Shown: positions 41,907 to 52,425 of the stretch, one piece after another
How positions within the stretch are numbered: the stretch's first letter is position 1
Layout: each line of letters begins with the position of its first letter
Source of the DNA: Porphyridium purpureum
Lineage: Eukaryota
Direction of reading: 5' to 3'
Length of the DNA stretch: 64,000 bases
Assembly: GCA_008690995.1 (NCBI GenBank)
Contig: VRMN01000010.1
Location: 496,001 to 560,000 of the forward strand
Notes under the pieces: generated by a model
The model's input: only the letters and a program-made list of their open reading frames with translations
The model's database searches: none
What the model was told of the DNA's origin: nothing
Translations under genes and position numbers: made by a program

Positions 41907-44348
41907 ATGCGTGGTGGGTTTCCATGGCGCCGCGCGGCGGCGGGAAGTGATGGTAATGGCGGTCGGAATGCCCCAGGAAATGTGGAGCCGGACGAGGACC
42001 CACAGGCGGAACAAGGGTTGCAGGCGAGCACCGGCTCGACGCCGTCGTCGAGCGACGGCGCGCTGCATAATCCGAATGAGCCGGCCGGCGTCGGGGTCGC
42101 GACAAACGTGATGGTGCATTTGGAGCGTGTGCCAGTGCTGTCCGTGGGTGAGGAGGTGCGCGCCGCAAAGGAGCTGCGCCGTATTGCCAACGTGCAGGAC
42201 GGTGACCGCTCCGTTGTACTACTGGATGTGCCGCACGTAGAAAACTGTGCGCACGCACTCGATGTCGCGCTTCATGGGCTAGTCAAAGCGGGCTACGTGG
42301 ATGACGAATCTAGCATACACGAAGCCATCAAAGACGCCGTGCTTGTTTCGCCCACGGCAGATCATGAACAGCACGGTCACCATGAAGACAACCCTACCAG
42401 CGACGACTCGCTCCCTGTATGGAGACACTCGATTCAAGGTCGTTCATTTGTTGTCGTACATGCAAAGGTGCAAGGCTTGCCTGCACCACAGACATGTATT
42501 GTGCGCTTGTTGCATGGCAGCACTGAGCTGGCTTTTAATAGCCACGCCAGCTCGCCAGTGCACTTCCTTGTACTCGTACTTGGTCACAGCGGCGAAGTAA
42601 AGCTGACAAAGAGCGACGCGGTGCGTGCGCAGCACTTTGCGACCATGCTGCGAGACGAAACCTTCTACGCAGACGCCATGGAGGCGCACGACGAACAGGC
42701 ATTTCGAAGCGCAGTTGGGGCGTATGTGGACCGTGAGGAAATGATGGAGCACAATGCATTTGATCAGGGCCACAAGGGCAACGATGCGGACGAATTTGAT
42801 GATATGCAGCGCACTGGCAAGCTCTTTGGTGGTCTGCGGAATGACATACGAAGGAAATACCGATGGAGCGTGTACAAGTCCGACTGGACAGACGGCCTGA
42901 ACGACTGGCGCAGTATCGTCAAGTACATCTCAACCATTGCATGGCTTTATTTTGCAGTCATCATGCCCGTTATCGCGTTTGGGAGCGTGAATGATGCGAA
43001 CACGAACCAGGCCATCGGCGTGAGCGAAACTGTTCTTTCTCAAGCCATCTCCGGTGGAATGGCGGCGTTGTTTGCTGGACAGCCCTTGGCAATTTCCATG
43101 ACCACTGGACCGGTGACCGTCTTTATTCAGGTGCTATTTAATTGGTCAGAGGCACTTGATATAGATTTTCTTCCGTTTTACGCGTGGACGGGCATCTGGT
43201 GCGGCATCATTTTGACCGCGGTGGTCGCCTTCGACCTGATCGCGTATGTTAGGTATGTTGGTCAGTTCACCGAGGAAATCTTTGCGGGTCTTGTTGCGGT
43301 TATTTTCATTTCTGAATTTCTCACACCGCTTATTATCGCGGCGCAAGATGACCCCACGGATGTGTTCTTGCTCAGCCTCGTGCTCAGCTTGGGTATATTC
43401 TTCATGGCGCGTATTTTGAGTCAGGCAGAACGCAGTTATTTGCTGAACAAGACCACGCGCACGCTGCTAGCGGATTTTGGAATGCCAGCGTCCGTGCTGC
43501 TGTGGAGCGGTTTGCGCCAGATTTTTACTAATGTGGATGTAGAAATGCTCCCCGTGCCGGAGAAGTCTGGCATTCTCACGACAAGTGGGCGCCCTTGGCT
43601 CGTCGACCTCGGCAATATTTCAGCGGGGTATGTTTTCCTCGCTTTTGTACCGGGCCTGCTGCTCGCGTTATTGTTTTTCGTGGATCAAAACGTGGCCGTG
43701 CTGCTCACGTGCAAACGAGAGAACAAACTGAAGAAAGGGACGGGCTACTTTCTGGACATGCAGGTGATCGCAATCGCAGTGGTGATTTGTTCGATTTTGG
43801 GAGTTCCTTGGGCGAATGCGGCCGTCCCGCACTCGCACCTTCACGCTCGTATGCTTGCTGAGACAGAAGAATATGAGTTGCACGGTCGCGCTTATACGCG
43901 AGTGATTCGGGCGCGAGAGACGCGGGTCACCAATACCGTGGCGCATCTGTTGATCTTTGCAAGTATGTTTCTGCTTTTCATCGTCGGCTACATCCCTTCG
44001 TCGGTTGTGTGGGGCTTTTTCCTGTACATCGGCGTTGCCACAATCGATGGAAATCAACTGTTCGAACGCTTGTTGCTGGTGTTCACGCAGCCGTCCAAGT
44101 TTCCGAGCGCGCACTACATTCGTCGGGTGCCATTGAAACGTGTATTTCTGTACACGGCGATCCAGCTTGTCCTATTGATCTTTCTTTGGTTTGTGAACCA
44201 GAATTTCTACATCTCGGGCACGCCTGTTTTCAACGCTGGTCTGCTATTCCCGCTCATCATCATAAGCTTCATTCCGATACGCAAATTTATGTTGCCCAAG
44301 TTTTTCACGCGGCGTGAGCTACACGCGTTGGAGATGGAGCATGAGTAA
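41907..44348 (+). CDS. SLC4-family anion (bicarbonate/borate) transporter with N-terminal cytosolic domain
   Basis: GGLRNDIRRK, YKSDWTDG, LFAGQPL, TTGP, FTEEIF, FFVDQN, LKKGTGYFLD, ETRVT, GNQLFERL, HYIRRVP. Confidence 0.92.
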   Translation: MRGGFPWRRAAAGSDGNGGRNAPGNVEPDEDPQAEQGLQASTGSTPSSSDGALHNPNEPAGVGVATNVMVHLERVPVLSVGEEVRAAKELRRIANVQDGDRSVVLLDVPHVENCAHALDVALHGLVKAGYVDDESSIHEAIKDAVLVSPTADHEQHGHHEDNPTSDDSLPVWRHSIQGRSFVVVHAKVQGLPAPQTCIVRLLHGSTELAFNSHASSPVHFLVLVLGHSGEVKLTKSDAVRAQHFATMLRDETFYADAMEAHDEQAFRSAVGAYVDREEMMEHNAFDQGHKGNDADEFDDMQRTGKLFGGLRNDIRRKYRWSVYKSDWTDGLNDWRSIVKYISTIAWLYFAVIMPVIAFGSVNDANTNQAIGVSETVLSQAISGGMAALFAGQPLAISMTTGPVTVFIQVLFNWSEALDIDFLPFYAWTGIWCGIILTAVVAFDLIAYVRYVGQFTEEIFAGLVAVIFISEFLTPLIIAAQDDPTDVFLLSLVLSLGIFFMARILSQAERSYLLNKTTRTLLADFGMPASVLLWSGLRQIFTNVDVEMLPVPEKSGILTTSGRPWLVDLGNISAGYVFLAFVPGLLLALLFFVDQNVAVLLTCKRENKLKKGTGYFLDMQVIAIAVVICSILGVPWANAAVPHSHLHARMLAETEEYELHGRAYTRVIRARETRVTNTVAHLLIFASMFLLFIVGYIPSSVVWGFFLYIGVATIDGNQLFERLLLVFTQPSKFPSAHYIRRVPLKRVFLYTAIQLVLLIFLWFVNQNFYISGTPVFNAGLLFPLIIISFIPIRKFMLPKFFTRRELHALEMEHE

Positions 44349-44580
44349 CTCGGACATCGTGCGCGGTACTAGAGCGGTTCCGAAATAGAGCACGCATAGC
44401 TGCCAGCTACTTTGTGACTCTACGCTGAACCATGGTTGTCCTATGTACAATAGTAAATGCGAAATGCGTCCATTTTTCTTTCCAAAGTACTGCTTCGGGC
44501 CTCCTCGTACAGCGGGTCGCTTTCCTCGCTCGAGTTGACGGGCGCTGTCCGCGGACAAGACACTGTGCTTCTGCACAACA

Positions 44581-45915
44581 ATGTCGGGACGCTTCGACGA
44601 CGTCGACGACGAGTGGGGCGACTTCGCAGCCTTCCAGAGGACGCCGACCAGTCAACTCGTGGAGGAGCTACACCTCGTGGCAGTTGTCCCGGCAAGTGCT
44701 AGTCTAGACGCGAGCGCCGCATTTTCAACATCTGCGATTGGTGTCCGACGCGGCATTAATGATGGTGGACTTGATGATACGGCAACACAACGCACGGGCC
44801 TGGACGCCACTCAAACACCGGAAAAGTCTCTCATCGATGACTTGATATCTGCGTCCATTGCGAAACGGACCAGCAATGGGTCGACGAGCGACCTACTGAC
44901 TGCTGAGGGAAGGCTCGACGTGCAGAAATTGGCGAGACTGAGTGCGAGCAAGTACGCAGCGCTGGAGCTGGCGGCGCAAGCTCTACTCATGGGTACTCAT
45001 GACTCGAAAACCACGTCGCGATCATTGGTTTTGACACGCAGGCACAGACACGACAAGGACAGTCAGTTCGAACCGGTGGAGGACGAGTTTCTTGACCGCC
45101 GGCGGAGACGAGCACATGATGGCACTGGCTTGGGCACTGTCTGTGCGGGCATGAGTGTTTTCCACGAGAGCGTCAGCGCTCTGGTGCATGAGCATGTACG
45201 CGAGCGGGCAGCGCTGGTGCATCGCGTGTCGAGTGATATGCATTCGAGTGGTCGCGCATTTTCAGCAGCCGTACCCAAGGTAAGGGAGACCAGCAAGCAA
45301 GAGATCGAATATATTTCGACGGGTTTGGCCAAGGTTCGAAATCGTGCAGCCAAATCGTCCAGTTTGAAAATGTGGAAAAAGGTGCTTTCTTTGGAGATGG
45401 ACCGCTCTCTAGCACCTGCGGAGTCTGCCGAATTTGCGCGTGCTGTGCTTGCTGCGGAAGAGGCTATGCGCGCCATGGAGGAGCACGAGTACGAAAGGGC
45501 AGGTCTAACCAGTCCCAACAACGGGCAGGACTCCGAGAGCAGCGACGGCGAACCAAGCGACGAGGACATCTTCCTCGAGCAACTGAAATCGCACGAGGAG
45601 CACGAAGGTTTGGCTCTTGCTGCCTCCTCGTCACAGCAGACTCGCCAAGGCATTCTGAAACCGCGGTCCGACCTGACGATTCCGTCGGCGCTGGCGCCAA
45701 CCTTGCTCGACCCTGTCAACGACGACGGCTTATCTACTGAAGACACCACACCTTCTCGCAAACGCAGCAGCGGCGCTCTCGCCGTGCTCAAGCAGTCGAT
45801 ACTACTGGCAACGGCCTCTGTCCGAGGCACCGACAAGCATCGCACCACGCGCTCAGCCCCATCGACACAGGCCCCTACCAGCGCCTACCCAAAGACGCCA
45901 AGACCGAAAAGATGA
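44581..45915 (+). CDS. Protein of unknown function (444 aa)
   Basis: Long ORF with ATG; N-terminal DDEWGDF acidic-aromatic motif resembling adaptor-ear-binding motifs. Confidence 0.65.
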   Translation: MSGRFDDVDDEWGDFAAFQRTPTSQLVEELHLVAVVPASASLDASAAFSTSAIGVRRGINDGGLDDTATQRTGLDATQTPEKSLIDDLISASIAKRTSNGSTSDLLTAEGRLDVQKLARLSASKYAALELAAQALLMGTHDSKTTSRSLVLTRRHRHDKDSQFEPVEDEFLDRRRRRAHDGTGLGTVCAGMSVFHESVSALVHEHVRERAALVHRVSSDMHSSGRAFSAAVPKVRETSKQEIEYISTGLAKVRNRAAKSSSLKMWKKVLSLEMDRSLAPAESAEFARAVLAAEEAMRAMEEHEYERAGLTSPNNGQDSESSDGEPSDEDIFLEQLKSHEEHEGLALAASSSQQTRQGILKPRSDLTIPSALAPTLLDPVNDDGLSTEDTTPSRKRSSGALAVLKQSILLATASVRGTDKHRTTRSAPSTQAPTSAYPKTPRPKR

Positions 45916-46281
45916 GCCGATGCCAAACCGCTACGCCGTTAAACCATTAAACCATTAAACCGCGCGGGCACGCGTTTCGGGGAACCGATAACAAGCCAGG
46001 AACCCCAATCGAACATTGATAAAGTACAGTTGATGTACAGCCGGAGCTTGTTGGCGTCGTGGTGGAAGGTGAGATGAGAAGGACGGACTGAGTCTGTGGA
46101 GATTGGCGAGAGGCAGTCATTCCCGGAGATAGTCAGATTAGTAGGTGTGCGGAGTGAAGGTTCTACAGTGCCCAGTCGCGCGCCAGCTCGTGCCCTCGTA
46201 GATTGGCCACTAAGACTTTCTCCGTCATCTCTCGTTCGCGTCCTGATTGAGCTGCCTGGTTTTCCATTCAGGTCGTTGGAA

Positions 46282-46659
46282 ATGGCGTTCGTGCTTCAAG
46301 TCGGGAGCAGCGCGCGTGGCGCAAGCGGATGGACGGTCGCTACTCAAGCGCAAAAGGCATGCGACAGGTCAGGCGGTGCGGCAGCGTCGGCAACGGTGCG
46401 TCCAAGCAGTGTCGCGACGAGATGCGTTGTGGGCGGGACCATGACGCGGGTGATGCGTGCGGACGTGCGCGTGTTCCAGGAGAAAAAGGATGGCGGAGAA
46501 GCAGGAGCAGGCGCGGAGGAGGAGGACCAGCCGGAGCGGCCGCAGACTCTAAAAGGCGTCATTATCTTTACGGTCACCATGGGGCTGTTTGCGCTGGGAC
46601 TGGCGGCCACTTTTGGCCGGGCGATGCTTCCCGGTGGGCTCGCACCGCCAATCCAGTAA
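46282..46659 (+). CDS. Small plastid-targeted single-TM protein
   Basis: MAFV transit peptide, acidic linker, hydrophobic GVIIFTVTMGLFALGLAATFG. Confidence 0.65.
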   Translation: MAFVLQVGSSARGASGWTVATQAQKACDRSGGAAASATVRPSSVATRCVVGGTMTRVMRADVRVFQEKKDGGEAGAGAEEEDQPERPQTLKGVIIFTVTMGLFALGLAATFGRAMLPGGLAPPIQ

Positions 46660-46929
46660 CACAGACATACATGCCACTTGTACCAAGGCGCGATACGCGC
46701 GATCCTCTGGCACAAAGTTATGTCTGTCGGTAAGCGCTGCGGCGCATCGCATCGGAGGATTCGTTCCTTTCCGGTTTATAGTAAAACGCGCGTATTTCTT
46801 AGAAGATTCGCGATATTTGACTTGTGACCGATCCTGGTTTCGACTCGACGCAGCAAGAAAGGAAGAGGCAAGGCGCTAGGTGTCGGAAGATAGAGAACGT
46901 GTGCGTGTAGTATCTTGCTCCGGTTCGCG

Positions 46930-47256
46930 ATGGGCGTAGAGATCCAGACGACGCAAGCCGGTGATGGCAAAACGTTTCCCAAGGCCGGACAGACGGTGAG
47001 GTGCCATTACACGGGCACGCTGACCAACGGCAAGAAGTTTGACTCGTCGCGCGATCGTGGACAGCCGTTTGAATTCGTGATCGGCCGTGGCCAGGTCATC
47101 AAGGCATGGGACGAGGGCGTCATGCAGATGAGTGTTGGGCAGCGCGCGATGCTCACGGCGTCGCCCGACTACGCGTACGGGGCAGGAGGCATTCCGGGCG
47201 TGATCCCTCCGTCGTCTGTGCTGGTCTTTGATGTGGAGCTCTTGGGAGTCAAGTAA
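46930..47256 (+). CDS. FKBP12: FKBP12 peptidyl-prolyl isomerase
   Basis: [48 protein letters not shown]. Confidence 0.97.
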   Translation: MGVEIQTTQAGDGKTFPKAGQTVRCHYTGTLTNGKKFDSSRDRGQPFEFVIGRGQVIKAWDEGVMQMSVGQRAMLTASPDYAYGAGGIPGVIPPSSVLVFDVELLGVK

Positions 47257-47370
47257 AGAAGAGGCGCGTAGGACTTGCTCGAAAAAGCACCAATTCACAG
47301 CGACACTCGGCCAATAAAGCTTGAAGGATCCGGTGCACAACGCCAACACAAGAAAGTATATTCTTTGTAC

Positions 47371-49098
47371 CTATCGGATCACGCGTAACTGGATGCTGTT
47401 GACCGAATCGCCCTTGCCATTGAGCATGTCGCTGACAATGACAAGCACCTCGCCCTTCCTGATCTCGCCTTTTTGGGTGAGGTACTGCATGGCGCGATGG
47501 ATGGTCTTCTCCGGGTCCTCGGTATCAAACTGAATGTTGTAGCTGTCGATACCCCAGCTAAGCGCGAGGCGGCGCTTCAGGTCTGCGCTCGGGCTAAAGG
47601 CGAGCACCGGGCAACGCGGGCGAACCGCTGACACCTCTCTCGCATAGTTGCCCGCGCGAGTAAAAATCACGATGGCGGCGGCTTTCAAGTCGCGCGCAAG
47701 CACAGCCGCAGAGTACGCAATGTCGCTGCGCAGCGACGCGTCACCGACGCCCGGTGCTGGCTTGATTTCGTAAAACTCGCCCGACGGAGCGTCAAGTTTT
47801 AGGTCGAATACCGATTGCGCGACACGCGACATGGTCTGTAGCGCAAGAACGGGAAAGTTGCCTCCAGCAGTTTCGCCTGAGAGCATCGTCGCGTCCGCGG
47901 ACTGTTTGATCGCTTCCGAGATGTCGGTCACCTCAGCGCGCGTCGGTGTAGGATACACAATCATACTTTCAAGCATGTGTGTCGCGACAATCGTAGGTTT
48001 CTTGAGCTCGCGGTTGATACGCACGATTTCGGCCTGCACGAGAGGCACATCTTCCACAGGCAGTTCCGCGCCCAGATCGCCACGCGCAACCATGGCGCCG
48101 TCTGCTACCTGGAGAATCTGGCGCAGACGCGGTACCGCTTCGGCCGACTCAATCTTCGGCAGTACCAGTGCCTCTGACCCATGCTCGCGTAGATAGTCCT
48201 TGAGGAATGCGACGTCGTCCTCATGCTTCACAAACGACAGCGCATAAAAGTCGACGTTATTCTTAAGCCCAAACTTAATGTCCTCCCAGTCCTTATCAGT
48301 GATTGCGGGTAGACTGGCAGACTTGCCGCGTACGTTCAGGTGGCGGCGTGATGTCAACACTCCACCGTCAATGCACTCGGTGATCACGTCCAACTCGGTT
48401 TTCTCCACAATCAAAAACGAAGAGATGCCGCCGTCCACCAGCAAAGTGTCGCCGACCTGCACATCGTTCACAAAGTCGTCATAGCTCACCTCGGTGCAAA
48501 ACTCGCCAAAGCTGTGGCCAGATTTGCGCGTTGTCCACACAAAGCGCTCGCCGCGCTTTACTTCGATCGGAGTTTTCAAGTCGCCTGAGCGCACTTCAGG
48601 GCCTTTGGTGTCCAGCATGATGCCCAGATTGTACCTGCCGGTGAGATTCAGGTCACGCACATTATCGATGACGGCTTGATGCCACTCGTGTGTCCCGTGC
48701 GACATGTTCAACCTCACAATATCCATCCCATTTGTCGCGAGCTCGTCCATTGCTGCCAAGCTGCATGTTTTCGGCCCGATCGTGCACACAACTTTACTTT
48801 GTCGACGCAAGTTCTTTCGTGTCGACACGCGCAACCCACTTGCTCCAGACGCGGCCGTCTTGGACGCAGCATCCTGCGCTCCAACACCCACGTCATCTTT
48901 CACGCTACTACCCGACGCCACGCACACTGGTACCTGAACCACCACTTTCCCGCGCCGGACTGCCTTATTCCTGGCGCACACACTCGAAGCCACAGCACCA
49001 CACTGCGTCCATGTTGACGCATTCCGCTGCGAACCGAACAAACCCGCACGCGCGCTCCCAATCCATTCCCCGCCGGTAGAGTATCCCACAAACGCCAT
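47371..49098 (-). CDS. PK: Plastid pyruvate kinase
   Basis: VCTIGP, RLNMSHG, LDTKGPEVR, KIES, MVARGDLG, PTRAEVTD, MLSGETA; MAFV transit peptide. Confidence 0.96.
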   Translation of the reverse strand: MAFVGYSTGGEWIGSARAGLFGSQRNASTWTQCGAVASSVCARNKAVRRGKVVVQVPVCVASGSSVKDDVGVGAQDAASKTAASGASGLRVSTRKNLRRQSKVVCTIGPKTCSLAAMDELATNGMDIVRLNMSHGTHEWHQAVIDNVRDLNLTGRYNLGIMLDTKGPEVRSGDLKTPIEVKRGERFVWTTRKSGHSFGEFCTEVSYDDFVNDVQVGDTLLVDGGISSFLIVEKTELDVITECIDGGVLTSRRHLNVRGKSASLPAITDKDWEDIKFGLKNNVDFYALSFVKHEDDVAFLKDYLREHGSEALVLPKIESAEAVPRLRQILQVADGAMVARGDLGAELPVEDVPLVQAEIVRINRELKKPTIVATHMLESMIVYPTPTRAEVTDISEAIKQSADATMLSGETAGGNFPVLALQTMSRVAQSVFDLKLDAPSGEFYEIKPAPGVGDASLRSDIAYSAAVLARDLKAAAIVIFTRAGNYAREVSAVRPRCPVLAFSPSADLKRRLALSWGIDSYNIQFDTEDPEKTIHRAMQYLTQKGEIRKGEVLVIVSDMLNGKGDSVNSIQLRVIR

Positions 49099-49449
49099 GA
49101 TGTGCCGGCGAAGCGCAAGCCTTGCGCAAGTCGTTGGGATCACCCCCTTTCACGTCACATACACGCCGCACTCTCTTTCTCTCTCTCTTCTCTTCTCTCT
49201 TCTGCCCTATGTCTCGCGCGCACGCCGGAGCGTCAACCGAAACAGACGAGCTGAAAATCTTAAAATATAGATTAAACACAACATTAAAAAACGAGCGAGC
49301 AAAATCACAGAACGGACTCGTTTTAGAAGAAAGACAGGGGTACAGTATCGAACTAAGACATAGATAAACGGTTTATCGGGTTATTGGTTTCAGATTCGGA
49401 GCAGATGGGCTGCGGCTGTGGCTGTGGCTGTGGACGGGTGGGGATGTTG

Positions 49450-52425
49450 TTATGTGATGGCTACGAGACCTTGTTCGTCTTCTTCGACCACGTCGTTGAA
49501 CGTGTGTGTCCAGACGTCAAACGAGCTGCCGAAAGAGGACGCAAATGCGTTCAAGCCCTGCGCGTACGTCGCCATGCGATGCCGGTTGATGTCAAACGAC
49601 GCGCGGTGGGTGAACATCTTCTCCACAATACTTGGGGTCAACAGAAGCGCGCCGTTTTGCGAAATGAGCACGAGGTGCCCGGCGTGCGAAAACTTCTTGC
49701 CCAGCAGCCCCACGAAATCGCGTCTGGGAATCTTGGTCACCGGGTCCCCCACAAACACCACGCGGAACATGTTTGGCAGCAACACACGCATCGCCTGTGC
49801 GAAGAGCGGCGAGCCTAATTTGGGGCTACCAAAGGTCATGCAGTACAGGGTACCGGCAGGTATCAGCTGGCACACCATCAGGTCGAACGCCAGGAGCACA
49901 CTTAGTGCACCACCGAGCGAATGCCCGCAGATCAACACCGGGCGCAAAGGCCCGGCTGCGAGCAGAGGAAGCAAAGCGTCCAGTAACGCGCTTCGAATCG
50001 AAAAGTACGCCGCCAAAAAGCCCGAGTGCACATCCAGGCGCTTCCGGCTGCGGACTTTTTGCAACACGTCATCCACCTGTTCCGCAGCAACGCCCGACAC
50101 TTTCGAGTCGGAGGCATTCTCCTCTCGTACACTCGCCAAGCGTTCCTCGAGCTGCGCTCTCAGTGAAACGCTTGTATCCCCACGAGACTGGTTGAGGCTC
50201 AACGACACGTCGAGATTTGATTTGTTCAAGGTGCCTGCTTGCGCCCTGGAGAACGTATCCCATTTGTTAACCATGTCGACCATCTTTGACTGAACATCGG
50301 TTTCCAGGTCCTTCATAGACACCGTGCCACGGAAAGCGACGGCAATGTGATCATCTTCGCCATGGCAGAAGACCACCGCCCGTGTACCCGATTCCGTATT
50401 TGTGACGTCAGCAGCCACCTCGAAGCCAGACCTGCAACGGACTCTATTGCGTAGCCCGCTCGCAATGCGTTTTGTGGTGTGTCCTTCTACGTTGACCACG
50501 CGTCTGGTAGTCTGACGACTGCTTTTAAATCGCTCTGTTTTCCGCATCGGCAGCAAAGTTCGCACATCTGGCGAGAAGCCTGTCTCCAGGGCGTCGACTT
50601 CCTGGGACGCGTCTCCTTCAGCGGCTATTGCCAGCGGGGGATCGGATGCCGACGAAGACATAGACTTATTTTCAAGCGAGTTGGTGTTGAGCGCAACAGG
50701 GGCATATGCAAGCTTGGAAAAGTTGTAGCAGAGCCCTGCATACCTCCAACAAAAGACATGCGGTGCGCATGCTGCCCATGAGCTGTGTAGGTCTGCCTCT
50801 GCGTCTGCGTGACCAAGTCGTGGTACCAACCTTTTCCGCTCCTCCTCGAGCATGAAGCGTGCGCGGGTGTTGGCATCTTGCAAACTGGTTTCAATGGGTA
50901 TATACTTGAATCTGAACAAGCTCTGCGGTCCGGGGTATGTTGCAGGTAAGAACAAAATGGTTATTGAAAGAACCCACACCGCCAGCGGAACAAGAGTCAA
51001 AATTCCCACAATTCCACCGGTTAAATACACCCAGTCGAGCGACGTATTGTAGTACAAAAGGCCAAATGGACCGGTCAGAGGAATCACAAGCACTTGGAAA
51101 AGCTGAAGGAAAAACACAGTCACAAACCACACTCCAATGGTTTCCAGAAAAGTGAAGCGAAAATAAAGCGTCCGCTTCGAGTTCACAAAGAAAGGCTGTT
51201 TGTTCAATATTTTTGACGCCCGGCGCGCTTTAAAAAGGTATACGGCGAGACCCATAATATTGAACGCACATCCCACGGCAATTGTGGCCGTCTGCCCCGC
51301 TGAAAAGGACACTGAGGCGTCATTGTGAACACGGACCAGAGGGATCCAAGCATGCCATGCGAATGCTGCGCCTCGTATACGAAACACCAATGACATGGGT
51401 ATTTCAGTGGCAGAATATGCAATGAAAAAGAGTACCTTGTCCCACATTAAAACCAGAAGAAGAAGACCCAAACGATCCAGCCAGCCCACAGACTCGTCGC
51501 TAGTGTCTGTTGCGCGTATCTTAGTTCTCCAAAAATGATTGCTCTTGTACTCATTCAGTGACATTGGTAATCCTGTCACAGGGTCCAACGCGAGCACCGC
51601 CAGGTCCGCCGTCGCCCAAATATACACGTAGAAGTACGCATTTGCGGTTGTGTACACGAGCGAGTCGTACACTGGCCAAAACAAGGTTGTCCAAAACTCT
51701 GCAATCCAGTGGATGAGGCTGAACCCGAAAAGGCACGCCACAGAGGTCAAGAAGACAAGCACAAATACCACCGTTTGGACAACTCGCATTTCCTTGAGAG
51801 AATCGTATTCTTTTCCAACCAAGCTTGACGTCAAAGAACTGTGGTTCCGCTCTGCCATCCTTGCCGAGGACAGATCTGCAAGACCCATTGAATGCAGTCT
51901 TGAGTCCTCTGGATGTTTCTTGTCTTCTTCCTTGCGGTCCCTTGGAACCAGGAAAAAGACAATGATACCATACGAAATCGTAGACATCAGGATAAGCGCC
52001 AGCATGACAAGTACAATAGTCTGCTGGACCAATGAAGAAGTTTTTGCGGCCTTCGCGATGTGTTCCTCCGTGCCGCCTGTCGTTGCCGCAATAATGCCTA
52101 GGCACAAAACAGAAGCCGAAACGAACACACACATGGCGACGATGAACGCAACAAAACCCAGCACGTCCCGATTTTTCATGATTTGGAAATACCACAGGAC
52201 TGATCGCCTTCTGTCCTGCTCTATAATGTCCGCAATCCGCAACCCAAGCTCTGATGCCGGCGCTGACGGGATTGAAGACGACGATGGTGATGACAACAAA
52301 GATGACGGGGATTTATGGCTCAAGAGTTGCGCTGGAAGTGCTGCCCATTTTTCCTCCCCATCTTTCACGATTATGTTCGTAACAGCTTCAGCCTTTTCTC
52401 TCTCGTCCTCTGTCAAGCTCTCCAT
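49450..52425 (-). CDS. Multi-pass membrane protein with C-terminal class 3 lipase domain, copy A
   Basis: About 8 hydrophobic segments, then VAFRGT, VHSGF, CGHSLGGA, TFGSP, DPVTKIP and a C-terminal His (NRHRM). Confidence 0.88.
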   Translation of the reverse strand: MESLTEDEREKAEAVTNIIVKDGEEKWAALPAQLLSHKSPSSLLSSPSSSSIPSAPASELGLRIADIIEQDRRRSVLWYFQIMKNRDVLGFVAFIVAMCVFVSASVLCLGIIAATTGGTEEHIAKAAKTSSLVQQTIVLVMLALILMSTISYGIIVFFLVPRDRKEEDKKHPEDSRLHSMGLADLSSARMAERNHSSLTSSLVGKEYDSLKEMRVVQTVVFVLVFLTSVACLFGFSLIHWIAEFWTTLFWPVYDSLVYTTANAYFYVYIWATADLAVLALDPVTGLPMSLNEYKSNHFWRTKIRATDTSDESVGWLDRLGLLLLVLMWDKVLFFIAYSATEIPMSLVFRIRGAAFAWHAWIPLVRVHNDASVSFSAGQTATIAVGCAFNIMGLAVYLFKARRASKILNKQPFFVNSKRTLYFRFTFLETIGVWFVTVFFLQLFQVLVIPLTGPFGLLYYNTSLDWVYLTGGIVGILTLVPLAVWVLSITILFLPATYPGPQSLFRFKYIPIETSLQDANTRARFMLEEERKRLVPRLGHADAEADLHSSWAACAPHVFCWRYAGLCYNFSKLAYAPVALNTNSLENKSMSSSASDPPLAIAAEGDASQEVDALETGFSPDVRTLLPMRKTERFKSSRQTTRRVVNVEGHTTKRIASGLRNRVRCRSGFEVAADVTNTESGTRAVVFCHGEDDHIAVAFRGTVSMKDLETDVQSKMVDMVNKWDTFSRAQAGTLNKSNLDVSLSLNQSRGDTSVSLRAQLEERLASVREENASDSKVSGVAAEQVDDVLQKVRSRKRLDVHSGFLAAYFSIRSALLDALLPLLAAGPLRPVLICGHSLGGALSVLLAFDLMVCQLIPAGTLYCMTFGSPKLGSPLFAQAMRVLLPNMFRVVFVGDPVTKIPRRDFVGLLGKKFSHAGHLVLISQNGALLLTPSIVEKMFTHRASFDINRHRMATYAQGLNAFASSFGSSFDVWTHTFNDVVEEDEQGLVAIT